Origin: an uncultured Gammaproteobacteria bacterium
GTDB taxonomy: Bacteria; Pseudomonadota; Gammaproteobacteria; JABCZS01
Direction: 5' to 3'
DNA: 64,000 bases
Assembly (NCBI GenBank): GCA_963848305.1
Contig: CAWKDC010000001.1
Span: forward strand, 1 to 64,000
Shown: positions 1 to 11,125 of the stretch, piece after piece
Position numbering within the stretch: the first letter of the stretch is position 1
Layout: the number at the start of each line of letters is the position of its first letter
Program-made: the position numbers and the translations under genes
Notes under the pieces: generated by a model
Database searches by the model: none
Seen by the model: the letters and a program-made list of their open reading frames with translations, nothing else
What the model was told of the DNA's origin: nothing

Positions 1-1
1 G

Positions 2-388
2 GAGAAAAGCAACAGTATTGCCGGCCTGGTCAATTTCATGCGCAACATCGGAAGCAGCATTGGAACGTCGATGGTCACCACGCTGATTGCGCGGCGGGAG
101 CAGTTCCACCAGGAGTATCTGGCGGCGCACACCACATTGGGAAAACCCGCCTTTATCTTGGCGGCCAAGGCTCTGGCGGCGCGCTTGGCCGCGTCCGGAC
201 TGGACGCCACGCGGGCTTCGAGTCAGGCCTACGGCCGGATTTATGGCGAGCTGATCGGCCAGGCGACGACCCTGGCTTACATTGATACCTTCTGGGTCCT
301 GGCTGTGGGGTCGGCCATTATGTTCATGGTTTCTTTCGCGCTCAGGAAGAATGAGCCGGGTGGGGGTGGAGAGGTGGCGATCGGCTAG
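2..388 (+). CDS. DHA2 (EmrB/QacA) MFS efflux transporter, C-terminal part (5' end outside window)
   Basis: Frame open from the window start: GLVNFMRNIGSSIG..., QATTLAYIDTFW motifs; neighbours are TolC and EmrA genes. Confidence 0.85.
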   Translation, partial: EKSNSIAGLVNFMRNIGSSIGTSMVTTLIARREQFHQEYLAAHTTLGKPAFILAAKALAARLAASGLDATRASSQAYGRIYGELIGQATTLAYIDTFWVLAVGSAIMFMVSFALRKNEPGGGGEVAIG

Positions 389-393
389 GGCCG

Positions 394-596
394 ATCCACA
401 GATTACGCAGATTACACAGATCAAGAAGGAAGAGGGAAAAGATAAAGAGGCAGTCTAGAAAGGAGTCCGATGGGTTCTATCGATCTTATCGTGGCAACTC
501 CACCCGTCATATGGACCGGTTTTGCCCGGTCCTTTCTGTCTGTCTCTTTCGGTCCATTGTTTTGCCTAATCTGTGAAATCTGCGAAATCTGCGGAT
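394..596. repeat. Inverted pair of 9-nt tandem repeats (CAGATTACG/CAGATTTCG type) bracketing a ~150-bp spacer
   Basis: atccacagattacgcagattacacagat (394-421) is nearly the reverse complement of atctgtgaaatctgcgaaatctgcggat (569-596). Confidence 0.75.
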
Positions 597-614
597 TCTT
601 CTGAGGCATTCACG

Positions 615-1241
615 ATGATTCGAGTCATTACCATTGAGCGGGAATACGGTAGTGGAGGAGGCGTGATCGCGGAGACGCTCGCGACGCGCCTCGGCTGGAA
701 GCTCTGGGACCAATTATTGACTCAGGAAATTGCCCGGCGGATGGATTGCGATTGCCGCGCAGTGGAGAAGCACGAAGAGCAAAAAGACCCGGCGTACTAC
801 CGGCTGCTCAAGGCTTTCATGCGCGGCAGTCATGAGGGGAGCCAGAACGCCCAGCGCATGAAAATGGTGGATACCGATTGCGTCCGCGAGGTCGCGCAAA
901 AACTCGTGCCAGAGATCGCCAAGGCGGGCAACTGCGTGATCGTAGGGCGAGGGTCGGCTTATTACCTCTGCAGCCGCCCCGACACCTTTCACGTGTTCGT
1001 TTACGCTCCGTTCCACGAAAGGGTGCGCCGGCTTCAGGCGGAAGGCAAGAGTGAGAAGGAAGCGGAGGAACTGGCGGAGACGGTGGACCGCGACCGAGCC
1101 GACTTTATCAAGCGGTACTTCAAAGTGGATTGGCCTGCAAGGCATTGTTTCCACTTGATGGTTAACTCCGCGGTGGGCGATGAGGTGGCGGTCGAAATCA
1201 TTCTCGATGCGGTGGCGCGGTATGGGAAGCAGCGAGCGTGA
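615..1241 (+). CDS. Cytidylate kinase-like family protein
   Basis: VITIEREYGSGG P-loop-like start, CVIVGRG, DRDRADF and FHLMVNS motifs. Confidence 0.85.
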   Translation: MIRVITIEREYGSGGGVIAETLATRLGWKLWDQLLTQEIARRMDCDCRAVEKHEEQKDPAYYRLLKAFMRGSHEGSQNAQRMKMVDTDCVREVAQKLVPEIAKAGNCVIVGRGSAYYLCSRPDTFHVFVYAPFHERVRRLQAEGKSEKEAEELAETVDRDRADFIKRYFKVDWPARHCFHLMVNSAVGDEVAVEIILDAVARYGKQRA

Positions 1242-1272
1242 CGGCCAGCCTCAACTTCGGCAAGGAGGTGCA

Positions 1273-2692
1273 ATGGGCGGTTATCAACGAACTCGGCATT
1301 TACTGATTTCAATTCTCACCCTCACGGTCCTCCTCATCGCATCACCGGGATCGAGCGCGGGGCAGACGAGCAACCCGTTTGCCGGCAGCGTCCCTTCAGG
1401 CCAGGCAACCGGAACAACGCTCGACCTTTCTCTCCACGATGCCTTCGACCGGGCGCTGAAATACAACCTAGGGGAGATCGAGAGCAGCCAGAACACTCGC
1501 GCCGCGCACGCCATCCGCCTGCGCAGTTTGAACGCCTTGCTGCCCAACCTTTCGGCACGCCTCTGCGGCACAGTTCAACAGCTCGATTTGCCATCCGAAG
1601 GCCTCACCCTGCTGAAGATTCCCGGGATCCACATCCCGGAGACGGTGGGACCCTACGGGATTGCGGATGCGCGCGGCTACCTTTCCCAGGAAATTTTCAA
1701 TTGGTCTGACATTAAGAATTTGAAGTCGGCGTCGGCGAGCGAAAAAGCGTCACAGTATACGTATAAGAGCGATCGCAACCTGGTGGTGTTCACCACGGGT
1801 AGCGCCTACCTCCTGGTGATTTCGGATCAGGCCACGGTGGACTCGGTCCGCGCCCAGGTGAAGACGGCCCAGACGCTTGTCCAAAACGATGTCGATCTCA
1901 ATAAACATGGCTTGATCGCCAGCATCGACCTGCTGCGTTCCAAGGTGGAGTTCCAGACGCAGCAGCAGCGATTGATCGCCGCGGAAAATCAGGTCCAGAT
2001 TGATAAGCTCACGCTGGCGCGGGTGATCGGACTCCCGAAGCGGCCAGGAATTCCGATTAACCGACTCGGTTCCTTACGCGGCGCTCGATGGCATGACCCA
2101 GGAGCAGGCGCTCCAGCAGGCCATGTCAACCAGACCCGACTACCTTAGCGCCAAGGCCCAGGTGCAATCGGCGGAGTTGGCCCGTCAGGCTGTCGCCGCG
2201 GAAAATTATCCCTCGCTGACAACGGACACGAATTACGGGGACATCGGCAGTCCGAACTTTGGCGCGTCGCATGGGACCGTTGATTTCGCGGTCACCTTGA
2301 ACATTCCCATCTTTCAGGGCAGCCGAGTGCGGGCGGATAAGTTGCAGGCGGATTCGGTACTGCAACAGCGTAAGGCCGAACTCGCCGACCTGGAAGGCCA
2401 GATCGACGATCAGGTGCGCACGGCTTTTTTCAATCTTAAATCCTCATCTGAACTCGTGAGCGTGGCTAAGAGTAACATCGACCTTGCCAACCAGACGCAG
2501 TCCCAGGCGCAAGACCGTTTCCGGGCAGGGGTGGCGGATAATCTCGAGGTCGTTCAGGCACAAGAATCTGTAGCCACGGCGAATCAATCCTACATCGGCA
2601 GCCTTTACGCTTTTAACCTGGCGAAAATCTCTCTCGCCCAGGCCATGGGCGTTGCCGAGCAATCAGCGCTGCAATACTTGGGAGCAAAGTAA
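1273..2692 (+). CDS. TolC-family outer membrane efflux protein (frameshift near 2040)
   Basis: ORFs 1180-2148 and 2093-2692 join; signal peptide, LSLHDAFDRAL, LNIPIFQG and GVADNLEVVQAQ motifs; SD aaggagg before ATG 1273. Confidence 0.85.
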
Positions 2693-2694
2693 CC

Positions 2695-3960
2695 ATGGCA
2701 GACACAACCACACCCACCCCCGAATCGGGAACTCCCGGCGAAGCCAGATCGAGTGTCACAACCCTGGGTTCAGGCCGCCCTCCGGCACGACGGCGGAAGC
2801 TGGTGCGAAATATCGTGCTGGCTTTGCTCGGCGTCGCCCTCATCGTGATCGGAGTCCTGCTGTATCACCACTTTGCCCAATGGGAATCCACGGACGATGC
2901 AGAGATTGACGGCTATATCTACCCGGTTAGTTCCCGGGTGACCGGCTATGTGACTCGGGTGACCGTGGATGACAACCAATACGTCAAGGCGGGCACCGTG
3001 CTGGTGCGGCTCGATCCCAAAGATTACGAAGTCGCCCTGGCGACCGCCAATGCGGCGTTGGCCAATGATCAAGCCAGCGCCGCCGCTCTGAAGACCAATG
3101 TGCCTCTCACTTCCGTCAACACGTCGAGCGAGCTTTCCCGTACGGGCGCCGACGTAGAGAACTTCCAAGCCGGACTGGTCGCCGCCCAGCATGAGTTTGA
3201 TGCCGCACAGGCCACGCTGCAGCAAGCGGAAGCCAATGACCTGAAGGCGCAAGATGACGTCAACCGGTATAAGCCGCTGGCGGCGAAGGATGAGATCCCC
3301 CAGTTCCAGTACACGCAAGCCGTGGACTCCCAGCATGCGACCGCGGCGGCTGTGCAGGCAGCCAAGGCATCGGCCGCTGCCGCGGAACAAGCAGTCACCC
3401 AGGCGCGCACCAAGGTGACGCAAGCTCAAGCCCAGTTTCGATACGCCCAAACCCGGCCACAGCAGATTTCCGTCCAGCGCTCCCGTGCCGAAGCCGCCGA
3501 GGCAGAGACTCAACGCGCCACTGCTGCCTACGAGCAAGCTCAGCTCAACCTTCAATACACGACCATTGTCGCGCCGATTGACGGGGTCGTAGGGCAAAGA
3601 TCGGTCCAGCCTGGCCAGAACGTTACTCCGGGCCAGCAGCTCATGACCATCGTCCCACTGGACAGCCAGAATATCTGGGTAACCGCTGACTTCAAGGAAA
3701 CTCAATTGAAATATATGCGGCCCGGCCAGCATGTGGAGATCTCCGTTGACACTTATGGACGTACCTACGACGGGCACATCGATAGCATTGCGGGCGCAAC
3801 CGGCGCGCGTTATAGCTTGCTGCCGCCGGAAAACGCGACGGGGAACTACGTCAAGGTCGTGCAACGAATTCCGGTGAAGATATTTTTCGACAAAGGTCAG
3901 GACCCGGAGCATCTATTACGACTGGGGATGTCCGTGGAACCCGACGTGAAAGTTCAATAG
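2695..3960 (+). CDS. EmrA/HlyD membrane fusion protein
   Basis: STDDAEIDG, TIVAPIDGVV and LLPPENATGNYVKVVQRIPV motifs. Confidence 0.92.
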   Translation: MADTTTPTPESGTPGEARSSVTTLGSGRPPARRRKLVRNIVLALLGVALIVIGVLLYHHFAQWESTDDAEIDGYIYPVSSRVTGYVTRVTVDDNQYVKAGTVLVRLDPKDYEVALATANAALANDQASAAALKTNVPLTSVNTSSELSRTGADVENFQAGLVAAQHEFDAAQATLQQAEANDLKAQDDVNRYKPLAAKDEIPQFQYTQAVDSQHATAAAVQAAKASAAAAEQAVTQARTKVTQAQAQFRYAQTRPQQISVQRSRAEAAEAETQRATAAYEQAQLNLQYTTIVAPIDGVVGQRSVQPGQNVTPGQQLMTIVPLDSQNIWVTADFKETQLKYMRPGQHVEISVDTYGRTYDGHIDSIAGATGARYSLLPPENATGNYVKVVQRIPVKIFFDKGQDPEHLLRLGMSVEPDVKVQ

Positions 3961-3981
3961 TCGAAAGGGGAAGATAACGAT

Positions 3982-5322
3982 ATGAGTGCCACAGCAACAC
4001 AACTGAATAAACGCAACGAGCTTTTGGCGCGCTTGGCGGAATCGCGGTCGGTGACCGATGACCTGTTTTGTAGGGTTCGCACAGACGCCTTGTATGACCG
4101 TCCCATTCCGGAAAGGCACCGAATTGTTTTCTACATTGGCCACCTCGAGGCATTCGACTGGAACTTGATCGCGGGTCAGGCGCTGGGCCGCCGACCTGCT
4201 CACCAAGAATTTGATCGCCTCTTTGCTTTCGGCATCGATCCGGTGGGCGGAGGTCTTCCGACGGACCAACCCGCCGACTGGCCTCCCCTCGCGGAAATCG
4301 CCGATTACAATCATCGCGTTCGGACAGACCTGGATCGTATCCTCTGTGGCGATTCTGAGCCCCCGGCGAGCCGCTGGCAGTATCCGCGCGATGTAATTCT
4401 GAACACCGCGATTGAGCATCGGCTGATGCACGCGGAAACACTGGCGTACATGCTGCACCAATTGCCCCTGGACCGAAAGGTAACACCGCTAGATTATCGC
4501 CCCATGGTTCTCCCTCAAACCGGACCGCCGATCGTTGCCAGGATGGTCGATATTCCGGCGGGAACGGCCACGCTGGGGATACCGCGAGGACGCAATTCGT
4601 TCGGCTGGGACAACGAGTTTGAAGAACAATCGGTCGAAGTGCCGGCCTTTGCGATGGACGTTCACAAAGTCACGAACGGCCAGTTTCTCAAGTTTGTACG
4701 CGAAGGCGGATACGACGGGCCGCGCTTCTGGAGCGACTCCGCCTGGACATGGATCAAGGAACAGAACATCCGCCATCCACGCTTTTGGTACGAGTTCCAG
4801 GGTCGGTGGTTTTATCAAGGCATGTTCGAGGCGGCGCCCTTGCCTCTTGACTGGCCGGTCTATTTGAGCCATGCGGAGGCCGCGGCTTACGCTCGTTTTG
4901 CCGGCAAATCCCTCCCGACCGAAGCGCAGTTTCACCGCGCCGCTTACGGGACTCCGGAAGGCTGGGAGCGGGTATATCCCTGGGGGGAAGCTCCTCCCGA
5001 AGTTGAGCATGGCAACTTCGATTTCCAGCGCTGGGATCCGGTAGCCGTGGGGAGCAATCCCGCCGGCCGTAGCGCCTCCGGTGTAGAGGACGCTCTTGGA
5101 AACGGTTGGGAATGGACCTCCTCCGTTTTCGCGCCTTTCCCTGGCTTTGAGCCTTTTCCCTTTTACTCCGGCTACTCGGCCAACTTCTTTGACGGAAAAC
5201 ATTATGTGATGAAGGGCGCTTCTCCTCGAACTGCGGCGTGCATGCTGCGGCGTTCGTTCCGCAACTGGTTCCAGCCGCACTATCCTTTCGTCTACGCATC
5301 CTTCCGCTGCGTAAGCAACTGA
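3982..5322 (+). CDS. egtB: Sulfoxide synthase (DinB + FGE-sulfatase domains), ergothioneine biosynthesis
   Basis: FYIGH and EHRLMHAETL iron-binding motifs; FGWDNE, LPTEAQ, GNGWEWT, RRSFRNWF; egtD follows directly. Confidence 0.82.
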   Translation: MSATATQLNKRNELLARLAESRSVTDDLFCRVRTDALYDRPIPERHRIVFYIGHLEAFDWNLIAGQALGRRPAHQEFDRLFAFGIDPVGGGLPTDQPADWPPLAEIADYNHRVRTDLDRILCGDSEPPASRWQYPRDVILNTAIEHRLMHAETLAYMLHQLPLDRKVTPLDYRPMVLPQTGPPIVARMVDIPAGTATLGIPRGRNSFGWDNEFEEQSVEVPAFAMDVHKVTNGQFLKFVREGGYDGPRFWSDSAWTWIKEQNIRHPRFWYEFQGRWFYQGMFEAAPLPLDWPVYLSHAEAAAYARFAGKSLPTEAQFHRAAYGTPEGWERVYPWGEAPPEVEHGNFDFQRWDPVAVGSNPAGRSASGVEDALGNGWEWTSSVFAPFPGFEPFPFYSGYSANFFDGKHYVMKGASPRTAACMLRRSFRNWFQPHYPFVYASFRCVSN

Positions 5323-5333
5323 TTGGAGCAACT

Positions 5334-6296
5334 ATGCTGGTCCGTGGTGGCGCAATCCAGATGGTCAGCTCATTCGCGGAAGACGTGCGGGATGGGCTGG
5401 GGCGAGTCGGGCAAAAGGAGTTGCCGTCGAAGTATTTTTATGACGACATCGGCTCTGCCGTGTTTGAAATCATCACCAAGCTCCCTGAATATGGGGTGAC
5501 GAGAGCGGAGGAGCGAATTCTGCTGCGGCACTCGGGGGCCATTGCGGACCGCCTGGCTACGCATAGCATGGTTGTTGAACTCGGCAGCGGCAGTGGCAGA
5601 AAGACCCGCCGGATCCTCGAAGCGCTCGCGCGCCATCGGGCGACTACGTACTGTCCCATTGAGATCTCCTCGGCGGCGCTGGAGAACTGTGAGCGCGAAC
5701 TTGATGATTTGGCCCAAGTGAGCATTGTGGGGTTTGAGACCGAGTACCTGGACGGCTTGAGCAAAGCAGTGGCTTGCCGCCGTCCCGGGGAGGGAGTCGT
5801 AGTGCTCTTCCTGGGTAGCTCGATCGGCAACTTTGATCGGGGGCCGGGCGAGGACTTTCTGCGAAACATTCGCCAAGCGCTCATCCCCGGCGATGCACTG
5901 TTGCTCGGCACAGATCTGGAGAAACCCCTGGCCCAACTCATTGCTGCCTACGACGACGCGCTGGGCGTGACGGCGGTGTTCAATCGTAACCTGCTGGCCC
6001 GCATCAACCGGGAACTCGGGGGTAACTTCGACCTTGCCCGGTTTGAGCACGTCGCGCTCTACAACTCCCGGGAGCGTCGCATCGAGATGCATCTCCGCTC
6101 GACGGAAAGACAGACGGTTTCCATCGAAGGGGCGCATTTCACCTTTGACCGCGATGAGACTATCTGGACCGAGAGCTGCCATAAATACGGCCGGCACGAG
6201 GTACGGGAGATGGCGGAACGCACCGGATTCGAATGTGTGGCGCAATGGGTGGACGATGAATGGGCATTTGCGGAAAACCTGCTTGTGGCGATCTAA
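5334..6296 (+). CDS. egtD: L-histidine N-alpha-trimethyltransferase
   Basis: KELPSKYFYD, LPEY.TRAE, ELGSG, FLGSSIGN, AYDDALGVTA, RIEMHL and TESCHKY motifs. Confidence 0.92.
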   Translation: MLVRGGAIQMVSSFAEDVRDGLGRVGQKELPSKYFYDDIGSAVFEIITKLPEYGVTRAEERILLRHSGAIADRLATHSMVVELGSGSGRKTRRILEALARHRATTYCPIEISSAALENCERELDDLAQVSIVGFETEYLDGLSKAVACRRPGEGVVVLFLGSSIGNFDRGPGEDFLRNIRQALIPGDALLLGTDLEKPLAQLIAAYDDALGVTAVFNRNLLARINRELGGNFDLARFEHVALYNSRERRIEMHLRSTERQTVSIEGAHFTFDRDETIWTESCHKYGRHEVREMAERTGFECVAQWVDDEWAFAENLLVAI

Positions 6297-6354
6297 CACC
6301 GGCGCAGAACAGCCCTGGCGTCGATGCATCAAGCCGCCATTCTCTGCCTCGATT

Positions 6355-8094
6355 TCATTGTGCAGTTGCATAAAAGGCATTATGGCCCGAGCGCAAATCT
6401 TTACCGTAGATGAAGGTGATACCGACACCCAGCACTCGGAATTTCGCCTGCACTCCTGTATCCCAGAGCCACCGCCTTGAGCCCAATCCCGGCAGGGGAT
6501 CAGTGCTCTTTCCTGTGTCGAGAAATGGGCTGAGCTTCACGCTGAAGAAGCCGTTGTGGTAGATGCGCTTGTCAATTTCCCAGTTGGAGAGGAAATAGTC
6601 CCGGCCCAAGGGAGCACTTCCTTTGCGGCCGTCACGCGTGCCCACGTGCGCTCGCATCCAGAGGTCGTTATCGCGTTCCATGCCCAGCATGAACAATTCA
6701 TCAAAGGGAACATCTCCGAACGTTTTCCCCGAGCGGACTTGCCACTGTAGGGCGTAGTCGTCGCCGCTGGCCTGGGGGTACCATTGGGTTAAGACCGAAT
6801 CTTGGAGTTTTTCAAAGGAATGGGAGGGGGCTGACCAGATCCTCCCGGCCTGTGAAGTAATGCTCGCCTTGCTGTCGAATCGTCGTTCCGGCACTCGCAC
6901 CAATTGGTAGTTCAATTGGGCGAGTTGCTTGAGCTGGAATCCGCTCAAGAGCACTTGCGAAGGTAACGAGGGGCCTGCAAAAACATTTCGATAATCTCGA
7001 TAAGAAAGCTCGCCGCCGGCTTGCCAATCCCAGCGCCCGCTGTTTAGAGAGGTTACCTCACCGCTCACGGCGCTGCGTTGGAGGTTGAGTGCGCCCAGCA
7101 CCGGCGCGGGCCCTTCCGATGATTGCCGAAGATCCCAGTTTTCGTTGCGCAGATCGACGCCGACCTGGTAGCGGTACTTCGGATTCTCCGCCAACGGCCC
7201 TGACAAGGAAGCCAGTAGGCGGCGCTTCTGTGCGTCCCAACGCACGAGAGATGTCAGGTTGGTCGCCGAGCCTCCCCAATTGAAGTATTCCGGATAGGCT
7301 GTCTGGTAGAACGCGCCTCGGAAGGTTGAGAGCAGGGCGTCCCACTTGCCATCTCCCCAGCCATTTCGCTCCTGCGCTTGGAAGGCCATATCGAAATTCC
7401 CATTATCAAGCGCCTCCAGGCGCCAGCTCAAGGCAGGGAAGATTCCGAGGTCCGACACTCGCTGCTGGGTCGTCAGAAAATCGGGGAGCCGCAGCGTGCT
7501 GGCGGGCGCAAACGAAAAAGCCCGATCCAGCAACGCCGGGTCGACCCGCAGCCCGGGTTGAACGCGTACCTTTTCAAGGTGAGGCTTGTTGACGCGGTTC
7601 CAATATTTCAGCGCCGCTTCGGTATTGCCTTCGAGGAAATAGATCGTCGCCAGGAAGTCATTGGCGTAAGCATCGTTGGGCGCTAGTCGCAGACCCTCGC
7701 GCAACCATCGCGCTGCTTGCGCATAGCGCTTTTGTTTGAAAGCGACGCCTCCCAATTCGATCGGAAAACGTTCATCGCGTGGACTCAGGCGCCGACCCGC
7801 CAGGAAGGCGGCGCGCGCTTCATTCCAACGCCCCAGGTGAGCGAGTGCGCTGCCGTAGTAGTAATCAATGTCGGCTCCCCGCTGAGGGCCGGACTCCACC
7901 TCTCGCACGAGTTGGTCCCAACGTTCTGTTTCAAATAGCTCTTTGATAAGGGTGACGCGGTCGGTCTGCGGTGGGCGCTCCGGGAGGCCCCGCGAAGAAA
8001 CACAACTCAGCAGAAGGAGTAGGATTACGGACGCGATCCGTGATCCCCTTGCTGAGGCACGGCCAGCAAAGTCCAATTGCCAGCGGCTTTCCAT
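6355..8094 (-). CDS. TPR-repeat protein fused to a POTRA-like domain and an outer-membrane beta-barrel-like domain (true start probably near 8040)
   Basis: Hydrophobic signal, TPR helices (YYYGSALAHLGRWNEA), C-terminal amphipathic strands ending ITFIYGKDL...FYATAQ. Confidence 0.6.
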   Translation of the reverse strand: MESRWQLDFAGRASARGSRIASVILLLLLSCVSSRGLPERPPQTDRVTLIKELFETERWDQLVREVESGPQRGADIDYYYGSALAHLGRWNEARAAFLAGRRLSPRDERFPIELGGVAFKQKRYAQAARWLREGLRLAPNDAYANDFLATIYFLEGNTEAALKYWNRVNKPHLEKVRVQPGLRVDPALLDRAFSFAPASTLRLPDFLTTQQRVSDLGIFPALSWRLEALDNGNFDMAFQAQERNGWGDGKWDALLSTFRGAFYQTAYPEYFNWGGSATNLTSLVRWDAQKRRLLASLSGPLAENPKYRYQVGVDLRNENWDLRQSSEGPAPVLGALNLQRSAVSGEVTSLNSGRWDWQAGGELSYRDYRNVFAGPSLPSQVLLSGFQLKQLAQLNYQLVRVPERRFDSKASITSQAGRIWSAPSHSFEKLQDSVLTQWYPQASGDDYALQWQVRSGKTFGDVPFDELFMLGMERDNDLWMRAHVGTRDGRKGSAPLGRDYFLSNWEIDKRIYHNGFFSVKLSPFLDTGKSTDPLPGLGSRRWLWDTGVQAKFRVLGVGITFIYGKDLRSGHNAFYATAQ

Positions 8095-8579
8095 TCTTTT
8101 TCAAAGTCGGAGCGGTCTTGTTTGAGTAGCTTACGCTCGGCCGGATCGTTTTTCAGCACCACACCCTGCTGCTCGTCCAAGCCCCCCAACACGATGTAGT
8201 GCAGGTCGGCGCTCCCAGGTCTCAAGGCAACGATCAGGGGGCGTCCTTTCTCCAGTTGCTCCTTCAGGTCCTTCCAATCGCCTGCGAAGGCAAACGTCCA
8301 GTATCCATGCTGCTGGAAATAGCGCTCCATGTCAGAAGCATAGATCCCATGCGCCCGCCGCGAGTAGAGCGCCCGCCGGATCTGCTCCGGATCAGCACTC
8401 GGTACCTCCCCTTGCTGGCGCTGCCAATACTGCATCACCATGGCGATACTGGCGGCGCCACAGCCATTTTTCTCCTGTCGCACGAAAGGAACATCCAGCC
8501 ACACACCCGGTTGCTGGGCGGCTAAAGTCATTCCGCCGAGGTACAGGCCTATTACGAGTCGCGCGGCAGAACGGAACAT
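8025..8579 (-). CDS. Secreted C39-like cysteine peptidase
   Basis: LDVPFVRQ..GCGAASIAMVMQYW (catalytic Cys), HYIVL (His), NDP (Asp); signal peptide. Confidence 0.85.
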   Translation of the reverse strand: MFRSAARLVIGLYLGGMTLAAQQPGVWLDVPFVRQEKNGCGAASIAMVMQYWQRQQGEVPSADPEQIRRALYSRRAHGIYASDMERYFQQHGYWTFAFAGDWKDLKEQLEKGRPLIVALRPGSADLHYIVLGGLDEQQGVVLKNDPAERKLLKQDRSDFEKEWKAAGNWTLLAVPQQGDHGSRP

Positions 8580-8587
8580 AGATGGAT

Positions 8588-8992
8588 CTAGCGGACGGCG
8601 ACGATGATCAAGATCAAAACCACAATGCCTATAAGAATGTAGATCAGTTCGCGATCTGATATGTTCCCTGCGGCAAAGTCGGCTTGTGCCTTATCAACGC
8701 GCGAGGCCAACTGTGCAACTTCCTCATCGCTCATGTTCGACACGGCGGTCTTCACTTGGGTTGAACTCAGGTGAGCGGATTGGAGCGCTTGCTTGGCCTG
8801 CGGCGAAGACAAGAATTGAGTGACAGTCTCCACGTTTTCTTGACGCGCATGGGTTGCAGCCACGGCATCTTTCTGAATCTCGGAAGGGCTGACGACGTGA
8901 TTCTGTGCCCCTCGGGCGGGATGTGCTGCAAAGAGTGTGAAAAAAACGCACGCCATGACTGCGAGAGCAGACTGCCGCTTGAATGTCAGCAT
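8588..8992 (-). CDS. PA2779-like membrane-anchored protein
   Basis: Signal peptide, VSNMSDEEVAQLA..., AAG then a C-terminal TM helix; SD aaggag before ATG 8992; upstream of a C39 peptidase as in PA2779-PA2778. Confidence 0.7.
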   Translation of the reverse strand: MLTFKRQSALAVMACVFFTLFAAHPARGAQNHVVSPSEIQKDAVAATHARQENVETVTQFLSSPQAKQALQSAHLSSTQVKTAVSNMSDEEVAQLASRVDKAQADFAAGNISDRELIYILIGIVVLILIIVAVR

Positions 8993-9039
8993 CGTGACTC
9001 TTCTCCTTGTCAGATTTGGAACTCGCTCTGTTTTACTCT

Positions 9040-11031
<1,992 letters not shown>

Positions 11032-11085
11032 CGGCTTTTCGTCATCGCGTATTAATAAGTATGTTGACGTTTTCATGTTAAGAAC

Positions 11086-11125
11086 CGCAGAGGAAGCCAA
11101 ACTGCGGCTACCTCTGCGCTACCCG
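11086..11125 (-). repeat. REP-like hairpin with GGGTAG foot (CGCAGA-stem family)
   Basis: Minus strand cgggtag-cgcagagg-t-agcc-gcagttt-ggct-t-cctctgcg; abuts the stop codon of the upstream gene. Confidence 0.7.

Noticed and set aside
394-596. CRISPR array (also considered for 35054-35166 and 44575-44623)
   Set aside because: Units are 7-17 nt, tandem or inverted, with no unique spacers
3982-6296. Selenoneine (senA) or ovothiol (ovoA) pathway
   Set aside because: No senB/senC neighbours, no C-terminal methyltransferase, and egtD is adjacent
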